A stretch of 64,000 bases of DNA from Bacteroidales bacterium (GCA_035299085.1 DATGXG010000041.1:55151-119150); one strand, 5' to 3'; positions 9,898-21,192 are shown, counted from the stretch's first letter. Translations and numbers: made by a program. The notes: generated by a model not told the origin, from the sequence alone.

Positions 9898-9918
9898 TTC
9901 GGATACCCTTTAAACAAA

Positions 9919-9952
9919 AGCTGTATGACTTCACCGCATACAGCTTTTTTTT
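9919..9952 (+). terminator. Rho-independent terminator after beta-helix gene 2
   Basis: The stem AGCTGTATG / CATACAGCT has a 9-nt loop and is followed by an 8-T run. Confidence 0.75.
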
Positions 9953-10019
9953 GTTTCATATTTTTTCAACCTTTTGTGACAAATTGAGTAAAATTCATTA
10001 AAATTGCCAAAGTGGACTT

Positions 10020-10027
10020 TTGACGAG
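10020..10027. promoter_or_regulatory. TTGACGAG octamer (reverse-orientation CGTCAA core) upstream of the third T9SS gene
   Basis: Identical 8-mer to 6701-6708. It sits inside the imperfect inverted repeat AAGTGGAC...GTCACTT. This is a single short match, so it is weak on its own. Confidence 0.25.
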
Positions 10028-10084
10028 AAGTCACTTTATGTTGACCGAATAATTATTTGAGGCGTTCAGAAAAGATTTTCAGTG

Positions 10085-12910
10085 ATGAAGCAAACCCTTT
10101 TTACCTTCCTTCTCAGTTTATTAGCTATTTTTCCGCTTTCGGGACAGATTACGCTGGATGATTTAAATATCATTTTTAAACACAACTTTGAGAATAATAC
10201 TGTTGGTGATTACCAGAGAAATGAGTGGTTGACGGATTTTAATAATCCCGATTGGGATAACCGACAATCTACAACCGATATTTCAGTGGACCAGAATGAC
10301 CAGGTTAATCCTTCCAAAGCCCTTCAGATTTATTATCCTCAGGGCAGTCTTGGTGCTGAAGCCGGCGGTGCCAGCTGGTATGCACCGATTCCTGCAACTG
10401 ACGAGGCCTATGTGTCCTATGATATTTTGTTTATGCCTGGTTTCCAATACCAGCTTGGCGGGAAAATGCCGAGTGTCCAGGGTGGAACCATTTATTCAGG
10501 CTCCAAACCTACCGGATATAACGGGTTTTCAGGAGGATTGATGTTTCATGCAGATGGCCTTGTATCTTTTTATCTCTATTATCCTGACGCAGTGGAAGCC
10601 ACATATGGCACTACAGCTTATTGGGGAGCCGGTTATTCAAGGGATATTTTCAGCCCGTCGCAGATGAAAGTGGAATATACAAGCGGTGTTGGTGCTTATT
10701 GTAACCCCGGTGAATGGCATAATATCACATACAGAATTGTTATGAATACCGTTAATGCCGGAGGAGGAAATTATGACGGTATCCTGGAGGCATATTTTGA
10801 CGGCAAGCTGGTAATGGAACTTTCACATGTTCTTTTCCGTCATACAACAAACATACAAATTGACTGTCTCAGGTTGTATACTTTTTTCGGCGGCAACACT
10901 GCTGATTGGGCTACGCCCATTAACGAATGGATAAAGGTTGACAACATACTGATTTATACATTCAAAGATGGCATTGATGTGCCCAGAGGTAATTCTTTAA
11001 GTCCATCTAACCGTACACTGAACTATTGGCGGAATTTTCGCATTGCATATAATGAACCACCTGCATGCCCTCAGAACATGAGAGTATATGACAGGACCAA
11101 ATCATCCATTATATTAAAATGGAATGATGTTTCTGAAACGGAGTATGGTTTCAAAATATACCGTTCTGCAAGTGCCAATGGCAATTATCAGCAAGTTGGC
11201 ACGGTCACAGCCAATGTGACGACATACACTGACAAATCCCTGGATATTAATACAACCTATTTCTATAAGATACTTGCATATAACAATGCCGGCGAATCGG
11301 TTCTTAGCGACGCATTCCAGGCTACTACCCTTGGTTTGGTAATTCCAGCGGCTCCTGACAAATTTGTAATGCAGTCGCTCAATATTACTGAATGTACGAT
11401 TGCATGGCAGGACCGGTCGGGCAATGAGACCGGGTTTGAAATCGAACGGGAAGGACCTGATCCTGCAGGAACAATCGTTAGTTTTCAAGTCGCTGCCAAT
11501 GCTACATCATATAAAGATGCAGGGCTTAAAATGAATTCAACATACAGGTACCGGCTCAGATCATACAATAGCGATGGCTATTCAGCTTATACAAGTAACA
11601 CTATTCAGATCACCACACCATATGTTGCTGTACCTTCTGCACCTTCTTTACTGAAAGGGACACAGTCGACTGACAGCAGCATTACAATATCATGGAAGGA
11701 TAATTCATCCAATGAAAGCGCATTTATTATAACCCGTTCAACAATTACGACTCCTGTTCAAAAACAGACAATACAAGTAGATGCAAACGATACTGTTTTT
11801 ACTGATAATTCTCTGTTTTCAGGAACTTCCTACCAATATACGGTTCAGGCTGTCAATATTGCCGGCACCTCTTCACAAAGCAATAAAAGAATTGTTACCA
11901 CGTTGTCCACATCGGAAATGAAGCGGGTTAAAGATGGCCTTATCGCATACTATAATTTTTCATACAGTCCCGATCTTATAATATATGATCAATCAGGTTA
12001 CGGTGAACCGCTTGACCTGCGGATACAGAATTCTTCTGCAGTGTCATGGAACAACCAAAGCAAACTGAATGTCAAGGCAAATACAATGCTAATATCCCTG
12101 TTACCTGCTAAAAAGATAATTAATGCGATTAAGTTAACAAAGGAACTTTCGATTGAATGCTGGGTAAAACCAATTGAACCCGGATGGATGGATAACGCCA
12201 GGATCATTTCACTTTCTTCGGATGACAATCACCTTGGCTTTGCAATGGACCAGAAATTAATTGATGAAAACGGTGAAAAACACCTTGATTATGGTGTCAG
12301 GGTTCAAACCGGATCCACAAACGAATCAGGATATCCTGAATTCACACCTGAATACAATTCCTCCTATATAACGCTCAATCATATCGTTTATACCCGTGAT
12401 TCAGTTGGTACAGAATGTATGTACCTCAATGGTCACAAATCGTCGGAAGGCTATCGTCCTGATGATTTCGGAAACTGGACTAATTCCTATTTTTTGAGGT
12501 TAGCCAATGAAACCGACGCGAATCATTCCTGGCAGGGTACATTTTATGAAGTTGCCCTGTATAATAAAGCGCTAAGCGGCGGTGAAATCCGGCAGAATTA
12601 TATAGCCGGGGCATCCGACAGCGTGCGGAATGTACCCATTGATTACCAGGTTAAAGTGTATCCGAATCCCATTCACAGTTCAGCCAGGGTCGAAATTAAC
12701 CCTCTTTCCGAGCAGGATATCATGGACCATACAGTAATAAGCCTATCGGATATATATGGAAGAATACTTTATACCCGGTCTGTCTTTAATCCTGGCCGGC
12801 AGAATATAGTAGATATTGACTTCAGTAACTTTGCCAACGGAATATATATTTTGCGAGTTGGTTCAGGCACCCATCTGACATCTTCAAAGCTGATCGTTCA
12901 GAAACCCTGA
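10085..12910 (+). CDS. T9SS-secreted multidomain protein: polysaccharide-lyase-like/concanavalin-like N-domain, 3 fibronectin type III domains, a LamG domain and a Por tail
   Basis: - Signal peptide: FTFLLSLLAIFPLSGQ.
- The N-domain has the motif QLGGKMPSVQGG. This resembles the GGKLPGL motif I recall from PL14-like lyase domains, so the call is tentative.
- Three ~95-aa FN3 units (e.g. PQNMRVYDRTKSSIILKWND...YFYKILAYNNAGES).
- LamG signature: WQGTFYEVALYNKALSGGEIRQNY.
- C-terminus: KVYPNPIHSSARVEI...ANGIYILRV. Confidence 0.7.
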   Translation: MKQTLFTFLLSLLAIFPLSGQITLDDLNIIFKHNFENNTVGDYQRNEWLTDFNNPDWDNRQSTTDISVDQNDQVNPSKALQIYYPQGSLGAEAGGASWYAPIPATDEAYVSYDILFMPGFQYQLGGKMPSVQGGTIYSGSKPTGYNGFSGGLMFHADGLVSFYLYYPDAVEATYGTTAYWGAGYSRDIFSPSQMKVEYTSGVGAYCNPGEWHNITYRIVMNTVNAGGGNYDGILEAYFDGKLVMELSHVLFRHTTNIQIDCLRLYTFFGGNTADWATPINEWIKVDNILIYTFKDGIDVPRGNSLSPSNRTLNYWRNFRIAYNEPPACPQNMRVYDRTKSSIILKWNDVSETEYGFKIYRSASANGNYQQVGTVTANVTTYTDKSLDINTTYFYKILAYNNAGESVLSDAFQATTLGLVIPAAPDKFVMQSLNITECTIAWQDRSGNETGFEIEREGPDPAGTIVSFQVAANATSYKDAGLKMNSTYRYRLRSYNSDGYSAYTSNTIQITTPYVAVPSAPSLLKGTQSTDSSITISWKDNSSNESAFIITRSTITTPVQKQTIQVDANDTVFTDNSLFSGTSYQYTVQAVNIAGTSSQSNKRIVTTLSTSEMKRVKDGLIAYYNFSYSPDLIIYDQSGYGEPLDLRIQNSSAVSWNNQSKLNVKANTMLISLLPAKKIINAIKLTKELSIECWVKPIEPGWMDNARIISLSSDDNHLGFAMDQKLIDENGEKHLDYGVRVQTGSTNESGYPEFTPEYNSSYITLNHIVYTRDSVGTECMYLNGHKSSEGYRPDDFGNWTNSYFLRLANETDANHSWQGTFYEVALYNKALSGGEIRQNYIAGASDSVRNVPIDYQVKVYPNPIHSSARVEINPLSEQDIMDHTVISLSDIYGRILYTRSVFNPGRQNIVDIDFSNFANGIYILRVGSGTHLTSSKLIVQKP

Positions 12911-12983
12911 AAAAAGCAACCGGATAAAAACCGGTTCCGTTGTTTAATACAATATCACTATTCCATTTCTATACCGATTTTAA

Positions 12984-14042
12984 ATGGATATGCGTAAAAA
13001 CTATTTATGGATTATATGGCTGGCTATAATTGCCTCATGTAACAATGATGTAAGGAAATCAGAGTATTATATACCCGGCACCATCTCCGCCGAAGCCCGA
13101 AAGGAATTAGCTTCATTTGCTTTTAAGGATACTATCAACGGAGGATATCCCTCGGCTGATGATACGGCATTATGGCGAAAATTCTGGCAGTACAATGAAG
13201 ATGCCTGGATGCCCTTTAACGATACGCTGAGAATGTTGTTTAAACCGCATATCATTGATACCGTTATGGGTGGTGTACCTGTTCTTGATGTCAGGCCGCA
13301 TGACTGGAAAGACAATGGAAAGATCCTGATTTATATCCATGGCGGGGCATACACGCTATTCAGCGCATATACCATGATGGGAGGCGTTTTACCCATTGCT
13401 GATTTAACCGGCTTAAGAGTGATTTCAATAAATTACACCAACCCGCCCCGCTTAAAATACAATCAAATCCTGGAGCAGGTAATTTCAGTGGTTTCAGCCA
13501 TACTGAAAATGGGTTATGAAATGCCGGACATTGGCATTTATGGTGATTCGGCTGGTGGAGGCCTTTCAGCCGGCTCAGTGCTCAAGATGCGCGATGAAGG
13601 AATGGGCATGCCTGCAGTTGTTGTGTTGATCTCACCATGGTCTGATATAACCAATAACGGGGATACCTATCGCACCCTGATGGGGGAGGATCCCATCATT
13701 GAATACAATAACTCATTAAGACCATCATCGCTGGCCTATGCACCACCTGAAATGCATAAGAATCCATATGTTTCACCTGTTTACGGAGACTACACCAGGG
13801 GTTTTCCTCCTACACTCATACAGGGGGGAACTAAGGAGATTTTCCTGAGTAATTTCGTAAGACAATACCAGGCCATAGATCAGGCCGGAATCCCCGTAAA
13901 GCTTGACCTTTATGAAGGTATGTGGCACGTGTTCCAGGAAATAAATTATGATCTTCCTGAATCAAAGATTGCCCATGCAAAGTTCAGGGATTGGGTATAC
14001 CGGTACATGCAAATTGACAGCACGAAGGTCACCAGGAAGTGA
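12984..14042 (+). CDS. Alpha/beta-hydrolase-fold esterase/lipase (family IV/HSL-like), predicted lipoprotein
   Basis: Lipobox LAIIASC, oxyanion motif IYIHGGAY, nucleophile elbow GDSAGGG, and a distal WHVF His region. Confidence 0.75.
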   Translation: MDMRKNYLWIIWLAIIASCNNDVRKSEYYIPGTISAEARKELASFAFKDTINGGYPSADDTALWRKFWQYNEDAWMPFNDTLRMLFKPHIIDTVMGGVPVLDVRPHDWKDNGKILIYIHGGAYTLFSAYTMMGGVLPIADLTGLRVISINYTNPPRLKYNQILEQVISVVSAILKMGYEMPDIGIYGDSAGGGLSAGSVLKMRDEGMGMPAVVVLISPWSDITNNGDTYRTLMGEDPIIEYNNSLRPSSLAYAPPEMHKNPYVSPVYGDYTRGFPPTLIQGGTKEIFLSNFVRQYQAIDQAGIPVKLDLYEGMWHVFQEINYDLPESKIAHAKFRDWVYRYMQIDSTKVTRK

Positions 14043-14198
14043 AATTAACATTCGGTCTTCGCTCTTGCCAGCTCTGAGATATCGTTCCTGATTTTCATCC
14101 GTTGATTAACTTCTGACTTACATCCCACGATTCGGTCACTTTGTCAAATAGTCCGCAAATAGTGGGCTTCAAAGTGGTCTTTGAAATTAATAAGTCAT

Positions 14199-14206
14199 TA
14201 CTTTTG
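14199..14206 (+). promoter_or_regulatory. Candidate Bacteroidota sigma-A -7 box TActTTTG for the wbaP-wza-wzc-type operon
   Basis: Exact match to TAnnTTTG, 29 nt upstream of ATG 14235. Confidence 0.4.
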
Positions 14207-14234
14207 GCTTATAAATCAAACCTCTATCCGGGAA

Positions 14235-15647
14235 ATGACTAAGATTGTTAAGCATAAAAAAGATTTTAATTCGCTCCTTACAATTATTGATCTCATTGTA
14301 ACTGTATTTTCTTATTTCCTTGCCTATTTTCTTATTAATATAATAAACACTGATTATTTCAGGTTTGACAGGGATTATGTTATCATGCTGATTCTCATAA
14401 TACCTACATGGGCAATTTTGTTATACACTTCTAACCTCACAACCATCCCAAGAACACGGTCATACGTTTCCATTTTTATGACCTTCATAAACTTTAACTT
14501 CGCCGGATTTGCGCTTTTATTTTTATACAAACACCTTTTCGGCCTCCACAATTTCAGCCACTTTGTAATCATTTCATTCAGCATTATCAATCTTCTTTCG
14601 CTATACTTTGTCAGAATTCTAACCTATAAAGTATTTAAATATTACAGGGCCAACGGCCATAATATCAGCAATATCGTAATTTACGGAGATGAAAGGTCCG
14701 AGCAGTTCATTGACTCCCTTTTACAACATCCTGAGTGGGGTTTCCGGATCCTGATGATTGTCACCAATTCTGCCTGGTTAAAAAAGAAATTCGGATCGAC
14801 GATCCGCATCTATCCTGATAAAATCAACCTCAAAAATATTCTTGACATTGATATTATTGATGAGATTATTTGCTGCAAGTGCAACATTGAGGATGAAAAA
14901 ATCAGGGCGCTTGTAGAAATGTGTGAGGAAATCGGTGTTACCATCCGTATTCAACCTAATCGTCCGCTGAAAGGTATGGCAGATGCTCATATTACGCACC
15001 TGGAGCACATTCCTTTCATTACAATTAAGAATACACCTCAAAATTCAGCCGCTGTTGCCAGGAAATCTTTCTTCGAATTCTGGGTATCTTTCAGCATCCT
15101 GTTCATTCTTTCTCCGATCATGTTTCTTATCGCCTTAATGATTAAAATAACGTCAAAAGGCCCGGTAATCTTTAAACAGGAACGTGTAGGGTTAAGAGGC
15201 CGAAAGTTTTATATGTACAAATTCAGGACCATGGTTCACAATGCCGAACAGCTCAAAGCTCAGCTGGAAGCACTGAATGAAAGTGATGGTCCGACATTCA
15301 AAATTAAAAGGGATCCACGTATCACCTTTGTCGGAAGAATTCTCAGAAAAACAGGTCTCGACGAATTGCCGCAATTGTTTAACGTTGTTAAAGGCGAGAT
15401 GGCCCTTATAGGACCCCGTCCTCCCCTGCCCTCCGAAGTTGAAAAATATGAACGCTGGCATTTGCGCCGTTTATCGGTTAAACCCGGAATCACCTGCACC
15501 TGGCAGATAATTCCCAACCGCAATGAAGTTTTATTCGATAACTGGATGAAACTCGATATCCAGTACATAGACACATGGTCTATCAAAAATGACTTCCAAC
15601 TTTTTATCAGAACCATTAAGACGGTTCTTTACGGTACGGGATATTAA
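14235..15647 (+). CDS. Polyprenyl-phosphate glycosylphosphotransferase (WbaP/CpsE-type initiating sugar transferase)
   Basis: N-terminal transmembrane helices, then a C-terminal bacterial sugar-transferase core: KGPVIFKQERVGLRGRKFYMYKFRTM...DELPQLFNVVKGEMALIGPRPPLP. I chose the ATG at 14235 over the track's TTG at 14181. Confidence 0.85.
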   Translation: MTKIVKHKKDFNSLLTIIDLIVTVFSYFLAYFLINIINTDYFRFDRDYVIMLILIIPTWAILLYTSNLTTIPRTRSYVSIFMTFINFNFAGFALLFLYKHLFGLHNFSHFVIISFSIINLLSLYFVRILTYKVFKYYRANGHNISNIVIYGDERSEQFIDSLLQHPEWGFRILMIVTNSAWLKKKFGSTIRIYPDKINLKNILDIDIIDEIICCKCNIEDEKIRALVEMCEEIGVTIRIQPNRPLKGMADAHITHLEHIPFITIKNTPQNSAAVARKSFFEFWVSFSILFILSPIMFLIALMIKITSKGPVIFKQERVGLRGRKFYMYKFRTMVHNAEQLKAQLEALNESDGPTFKIKRDPRITFVGRILRKTGLDELPQLFNVVKGEMALIGPRPPLPSEVEKYERWHLRRLSVKPGITCTWQIIPNRNEVLFDNWMKLDIQYIDTWSIKNDFQLFIRTIKTVLYGTGY

Positions 15648-15742
15648 CCGTGTATCTTTTACCTCCTTGCTATCGTAAAAAAATTCAAATCCAAACGCCA
15701 ATTTTTTATAAATTAGCTTTTTAAGAAATCTATACAGGAATC

Positions 15743-16519
15743 ATGAAAAACAACAGAAATTATTCTTTGATGTTCCTGTCAACAGGTATTTTATTGCTTG
15801 TTACGTCCTGCGTTGACGTGAGCAAATTGAAATACGTTGACGATGCAAGTACCGGTTCAGTAAAAAATGATTACAAGAATGATCGTACGGAAAAAACGAT
15901 TCAGCCCTATGATTACCTGTATATCAAAATATATAGCCTGGATGAAAAAACAAACAATATTTTTAACGAACGGAGTTATAGCATAGACACAGAACTGTTA
16001 AGTTATGCCGTTGATGCAAATGGCGATATTACCGTTCCGTTTATCGGAACCATTAATGTTAAAGGCCTGACAATTAACGAGGCCAGGGACAAAATCACCA
16101 AGTCTCTTTCGGCTTACCTGAATAACATATCCGTTATGGTAAGGTTTGTAAGTAACAAAGTAACGGTTCTTGGTGAAGTTAATTCACCGGGGCAACATCC
16201 GTTTTTTGATGAGAAAGTCACCGTTTTCCAGGCACTCGGATTTGCTGGTGGCACATCCGGCTTTGGTGATTTATCAAATGTAACTCTTGTAAGAGAAAAA
16301 GATAATGTGATCAAATATTATACCCTTGACCTTACAAAGAAAGGAATTGCCGCATCAGAGTATTATTATCTTCTTCCAAATGATGTACTGATTATAAATC
16401 CTATAAAAGCCAAATACAGGAGCTTGCAGGATTATGCACTGAGCACAACAGGAACTGTCCTGACTTCAATAAGTGCAATCTTGTCCATTATTCTTATAAC
16501 AAATCAGCTTAGTAAGTGA
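15743..16519 (+). CDS. Polysaccharide export outer-membrane protein (Wza/Poly_export + SLBB family)
   Basis: Lipobox LLVTSC. YLYIKIY...GDITVPFIGTINVKGLTINEA...VTVLGEVNSPG is the classic Poly_export pattern. Confidence 0.8.
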   Translation: MKNNRNYSLMFLSTGILLLVTSCVDVSKLKYVDDASTGSVKNDYKNDRTEKTIQPYDYLYIKIYSLDEKTNNIFNERSYSIDTELLSYAVDANGDITVPFIGTINVKGLTINEARDKITKSLSAYLNNISVMVRFVSNKVTVLGEVNSPGQHPFFDEKVTVFQALGFAGGTSGFGDLSNVTLVREKDNVIKYYTLDLTKKGIAASEYYYLLPNDVLIINPIKAKYRSLQDYALSTTGTVLTSISAILSIILITNQLSK

Positions 16520-16539
16520 AATCACGTATATAATTAACT

Positions 16540-18987
16540 ATGAAAGAGGGTCAAGAAACATTTTCAGACAGCCTGGATTATAAAAAAGTTCTTTTGCGAT
16601 TATATTCATTCAGAGGAACCTATATTTTTCTGATTGCTGCTTTTTTGATTATCGCTTTAATCTATAACAAGTATTCTCAGGTAAGATACAAGAATTCGAC
16701 CACACTTTACCTGAATCAGAATGATAAGCCGAGTTTCATGAACTCGTCAACCGATATGTTCCAGAATTTCGGATTATTCAGCCAAAGCGAAAATATAGAC
16801 AACGAGGTCGAAGTGATCCGGTCATTTTCACTTGTAAAGAAAGTGCTGACTGATGCTGATTTCAAAGTAACCTACCTTGCATACAAGAATTCACCTGTTT
16901 CCGAACTATTATTCAAGACTCCTTTTATCCGCAAAACGGATATGTACAATGATTCACCCATTGAGGTGGTTATTGACCAGTCGGTTCCTCAGACAGTAGG
17001 ATTGAATTTCAAGGTAACATTCATTAATGAATCTTCTTTTACGATACAGGCCGAAGGAGAAAAAATTCCGTTATATAATTACATTGATGATCTTGTTGTT
17101 TCCTTTACACCGACAATCAGTATTAACCAGCGATTTAATTTCGGTGATGAAATTAAATCCAAGTATTTCAATTTCAGAATCAATAAGACTCCCCAGTTTG
17201 ATAAGACATTTACTGAAAGTTACAATCTCGTTTTTTACTTTAATAATATCAACACCCTGACTCTCCAATACCAGGGATCGCTTACGGCCGAGCCCACTAC
17301 CCAGCGATCAACGCTCATCAGAGTATCACTTTCAGGAACCAACGAACAACGGGTAACTGATTTTCTGAACAACCTTACATCGGCTTATCTTGGTAAGAGT
17401 GTCGACCGGAAAACGAAAACGGCCATGAGCACTGTCGATTTTATCGATACACAGATTTCCGATATTTCCGATTCATTAAAATATGCCGAATCGAATTTAA
17501 AGAACTTCAGAGCGTCACAGGGAGTTATGGACCTGAGTTTCCAGGGACAGCAGGTTTTTGAGCAGTTGAATAAGCTTGAGAATGAGAGAGCTGCTATCCA
17601 GGTTCAGAAGAAATATTATGAGTACCTGCAAAGTTATCTTTCGGCCAACCAGGAAGTGGCTGATATTATGGCCCCGTCATCCATGAATGTGGTTGACCCG
17701 GTAATGAGCGGCCTGGTTACCCAGTTGCTTTCACTGGGAGCTGAAAGAGCCAGCCTGATCCGCAATTCTTCCGGACAACAGAATCTTTATCTTGCCGATG
17801 TGAATATTCGCATCGACAATTTAAAACAGACATTAAAAGAAACTGTAAAAAATACGCTGAATACGCTGAACATTTCCCTGAATGAGCTGAATTACCGTAT
17901 GTCGAAGGCAAGCGGGGAAATATCACAGATGCCAAAAACTGAACTGCAGTTACGCGGTATAGAGCGTAATTTCAAACTTAATGACGCTATTTATACTTTT
18001 CTTATGCAGAAACGCGCGGAAGCGCAGATAGCCAAAGCATCAAGTATGCCCGACTATGAAGTGGTTGATGCGGCCAATGTGGCCATGTGCAGTACGGTAT
18101 CGCCAAAATCGAAATTGAATTACGCTGTGGCTTTTTTCCTTGCTCTGCTTATACCATCCGCATTTATACTGATGAAGGACTTCCTCAATCATAAGATCAG
18201 TGATGTGGATGAAATTGAAAGCCATTCAAAATACCCGATACTCGGTAAAATTTTCCACAATTTCCATCGTGGCAAACAGGTTGTCAATGATCATCCGAAT
18301 TCTTCTGTCACTGAATCATTCAGAACAGTCAGAACCAACTTCCAGTTCTTCGCTGAAGGCGGAAAAAGGCAGGTACTTCTTATCACTTCCACATCAAGCG
18401 GTGAAGGAAAAACTTTCTGCTCCATAAATTTGGCTACCGTATTTGCTCTTAATGGTCACAGGACGGTGCTGCTTGAGTTTGACCTCCGCAGACCAAAAGT
18501 TCACCAGGAGTTTGATTCGAGCAACCTGATCGGGATCACTTCCTTCCTGATTGATAAAGCCATTATTGAGGATATCATTGTTCCCACCCACATTGAAAAC
18601 CTTGACATAATCTCTGCAGGACCGGCTGCTCCGAATCCTGCCGAACTGATTAACTCCGAAAGAACGGGTGAATTGATTGATAAGCTCAAGGAAATGTATG
18701 ATTACATAATCATTGACTCGGCACCTGCAGGCATCGTGGCTGAAACCCAACTATTGATGAAATTGGCCGATCTCAATATTTTTGTTGCACGAATTGACAA
18801 GACGATCAAATCGGCATTCAACTACACCATGAGAAGCTTTGAAAACAATAAGCTTACCAATGTGGCCATATTGATCAATGACCTGAACGTTAAGAGGAAT
18901 GCGTATAAATACGGCTATGATAATAAATACTATAACGATGACAGGGGAGGCTTCTTTGCAAAACTCCTGAAGAAGAAATCAACTTAA
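16540..18987 (+). CDS. Chain-length determinant/tyrosine autokinase (Wzc/GumC-type)
   Basis: Wzz-like N-terminal half with coiled-coil segments, Walker A ITSTSSGEGKT, Walker B IIIDSAP, and a C-terminal Tyr cluster YKYGYDNKYYNDD. Confidence 0.85.
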   Translation: MKEGQETFSDSLDYKKVLLRLYSFRGTYIFLIAAFLIIALIYNKYSQVRYKNSTTLYLNQNDKPSFMNSSTDMFQNFGLFSQSENIDNEVEVIRSFSLVKKVLTDADFKVTYLAYKNSPVSELLFKTPFIRKTDMYNDSPIEVVIDQSVPQTVGLNFKVTFINESSFTIQAEGEKIPLYNYIDDLVVSFTPTISINQRFNFGDEIKSKYFNFRINKTPQFDKTFTESYNLVFYFNNINTLTLQYQGSLTAEPTTQRSTLIRVSLSGTNEQRVTDFLNNLTSAYLGKSVDRKTKTAMSTVDFIDTQISDISDSLKYAESNLKNFRASQGVMDLSFQGQQVFEQLNKLENERAAIQVQKKYYEYLQSYLSANQEVADIMAPSSMNVVDPVMSGLVTQLLSLGAERASLIRNSSGQQNLYLADVNIRIDNLKQTLKETVKNTLNTLNISLNELNYRMSKASGEISQMPKTELQLRGIERNFKLNDAIYTFLMQKRAEAQIAKASSMPDYEVVDAANVAMCSTVSPKSKLNYAVAFFLALLIPSAFILMKDFLNHKISDVDEIESHSKYPILGKIFHNFHRGKQVVNDHPNSSVTESFRTVRTNFQFFAEGGKRQVLLITSTSSGEGKTFCSINLATVFALNGHRTVLLEFDLRRPKVHQEFDSSNLIGITSFLIDKAIIEDIIVPTHIENLDIISAGPAAPNPAELINSERTGELIDKLKEMYDYIIIDSAPAGIVAETQLLMKLADLNIFVARIDKTIKSAFNYTMRSFENNKLTNVAILINDLNVKRNAYKYGYDNKYYNDDRGGFFAKLLKKKST

Positions 18988-18991
18988 AAAT

Positions 18992-19019
18992 AAAAGGCGC
19001 TTTAACCGGCGCCTTTTTT
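18992..19019. terminator. Bidirectional terminator between convergent wzc-type and phosphatase genes
   Basis: AAAAGGCGC-tttaaccg-GCGCCTTTT, flanked by an A-run and a T-run. Confidence 0.75.
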
Positions 19020-19695
19020 ATTGGTGATACAGGCTTGTAACCACATCACTCGAATACCACTTTTCGCTGTCGATATCCATCATGGTGAGCACTCCGCCCG
19101 GCCAACGAGCACCTGTATCAAGCATACAAATCTCGCATGCAAAAATCGGTACGGGATTGCCAAAGTTAATTGTAGGTGTATGTCCAACGAATACTTTTTC
19201 AAATTTGGTAAGATGGCAGTCCTCTTTTTCAGTTGATCCGCAGAAAAGTGCCTTTCTCACCAGTTTCCGGTCCCAAAGCAATTCGTGGCTGCTTTGCAAT
19301 TCAAGCGGTTTGTCGGGATTGAACCCACCATGAACAAAGAGCATATTATCCATGATATGGTATAATTGTGCGTTATAAATCAGTTTGCGCTGAGAATCTG
19401 ATATTCCGTCCTTGAAGCTGAGTATGGTTGAATCCCCGCCCTGGCTGGTCCATATGTATGGTGTATCACCTGTTTCAAGCCACTCAAGCATCCATTGATC
19501 ATGATTTCCGCGTAAGAGCTTAAGATTATCCACTTCAAGCAGCGAATCAAGAACTTCTGCTACTTCAGGCCAACCATCACATAGGTCGCCAAGGCATATT
19601 AAAAGATCTTTATGTTTGTCGAACCCTGATCTTTCAAAACACTGACGAAGCGCCCTGTTGGCACCGTGTATATCCCCAATTACAAACCTGCGCAT
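19018..19695 (-). CDS. PPP-family metallophosphoesterase (Ser/Thr-type protein phosphatase fold)
   Basis: Motifs GDIHG, GDLCDGW, GNHD and VHGG. ATG at 19695; the track's start at 19701 is a TTG. Confidence 0.75.
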   Translation of the reverse strand: MRRFVIGDIHGANRALRQCFERSGFDKHKDLLICLGDLCDGWPEVAEVLDSLLEVDNLKLLRGNHDQWMLEWLETGDTPYIWTSQGGDSTILSFKDGISDSQRKLIYNAQLYHIMDNMLFVHGGFNPDKPLELQSSHELLWDRKLVRKALFCGSTEKEDCHLTKFEKVFVGHTPTINFGNPVPIFACEICMLDTGARWPGGVLTMMDIDSEKWYSSDVVTSLYHQ

Positions 19696-19705
19696 ATGCA
19701 AAATT

Positions 19706-19740
19706 AAAAAAAGCGTTCCACAATTACAGAACGCTTTTTT
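19706..19740 (-). terminator. gdhA terminator hairpin, ending only ~10 nt before the phosphatase start codon
   Basis: AGCGTTC-cacaattaca-GAACGCT, flanked by an A-run on one side and a T-run on the other. Confidence 0.7.
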
Positions 19741-19741
19741 C

Positions 19742-19779
19742 CCTTCGACTCCGCTCAGGGTGAACCTTCGACTCCGCTC
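19742..19779. repeat. Perfect 15-bp direct repeat CCTTCGACTCCGCTC x2 (23-bp period) directly after the gdhA stop
   Basis: Copies at 19742-19756 and 19765-19779, read directly. Confidence 0.8.
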
Positions 19780-19782
19780 GGC

Positions 19783-21150
<1,368 letters not shown>

Positions 21151-21184
21151 TTATACTGTTTTTCAGGTTGTAATTTACACACTA

Positions 21185-21192
21185 CAAATCTA
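21185..21192 (-). promoter_or_regulatory. Candidate -7 box TAgaTTTG for gdhA
   Basis: The reverse complement of caaatcta is an exact TAnnTTTG match, ~47 nt upstream of the gdhA ATG. No well-spaced -33 TTTG was seen. Confidence 0.35.
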
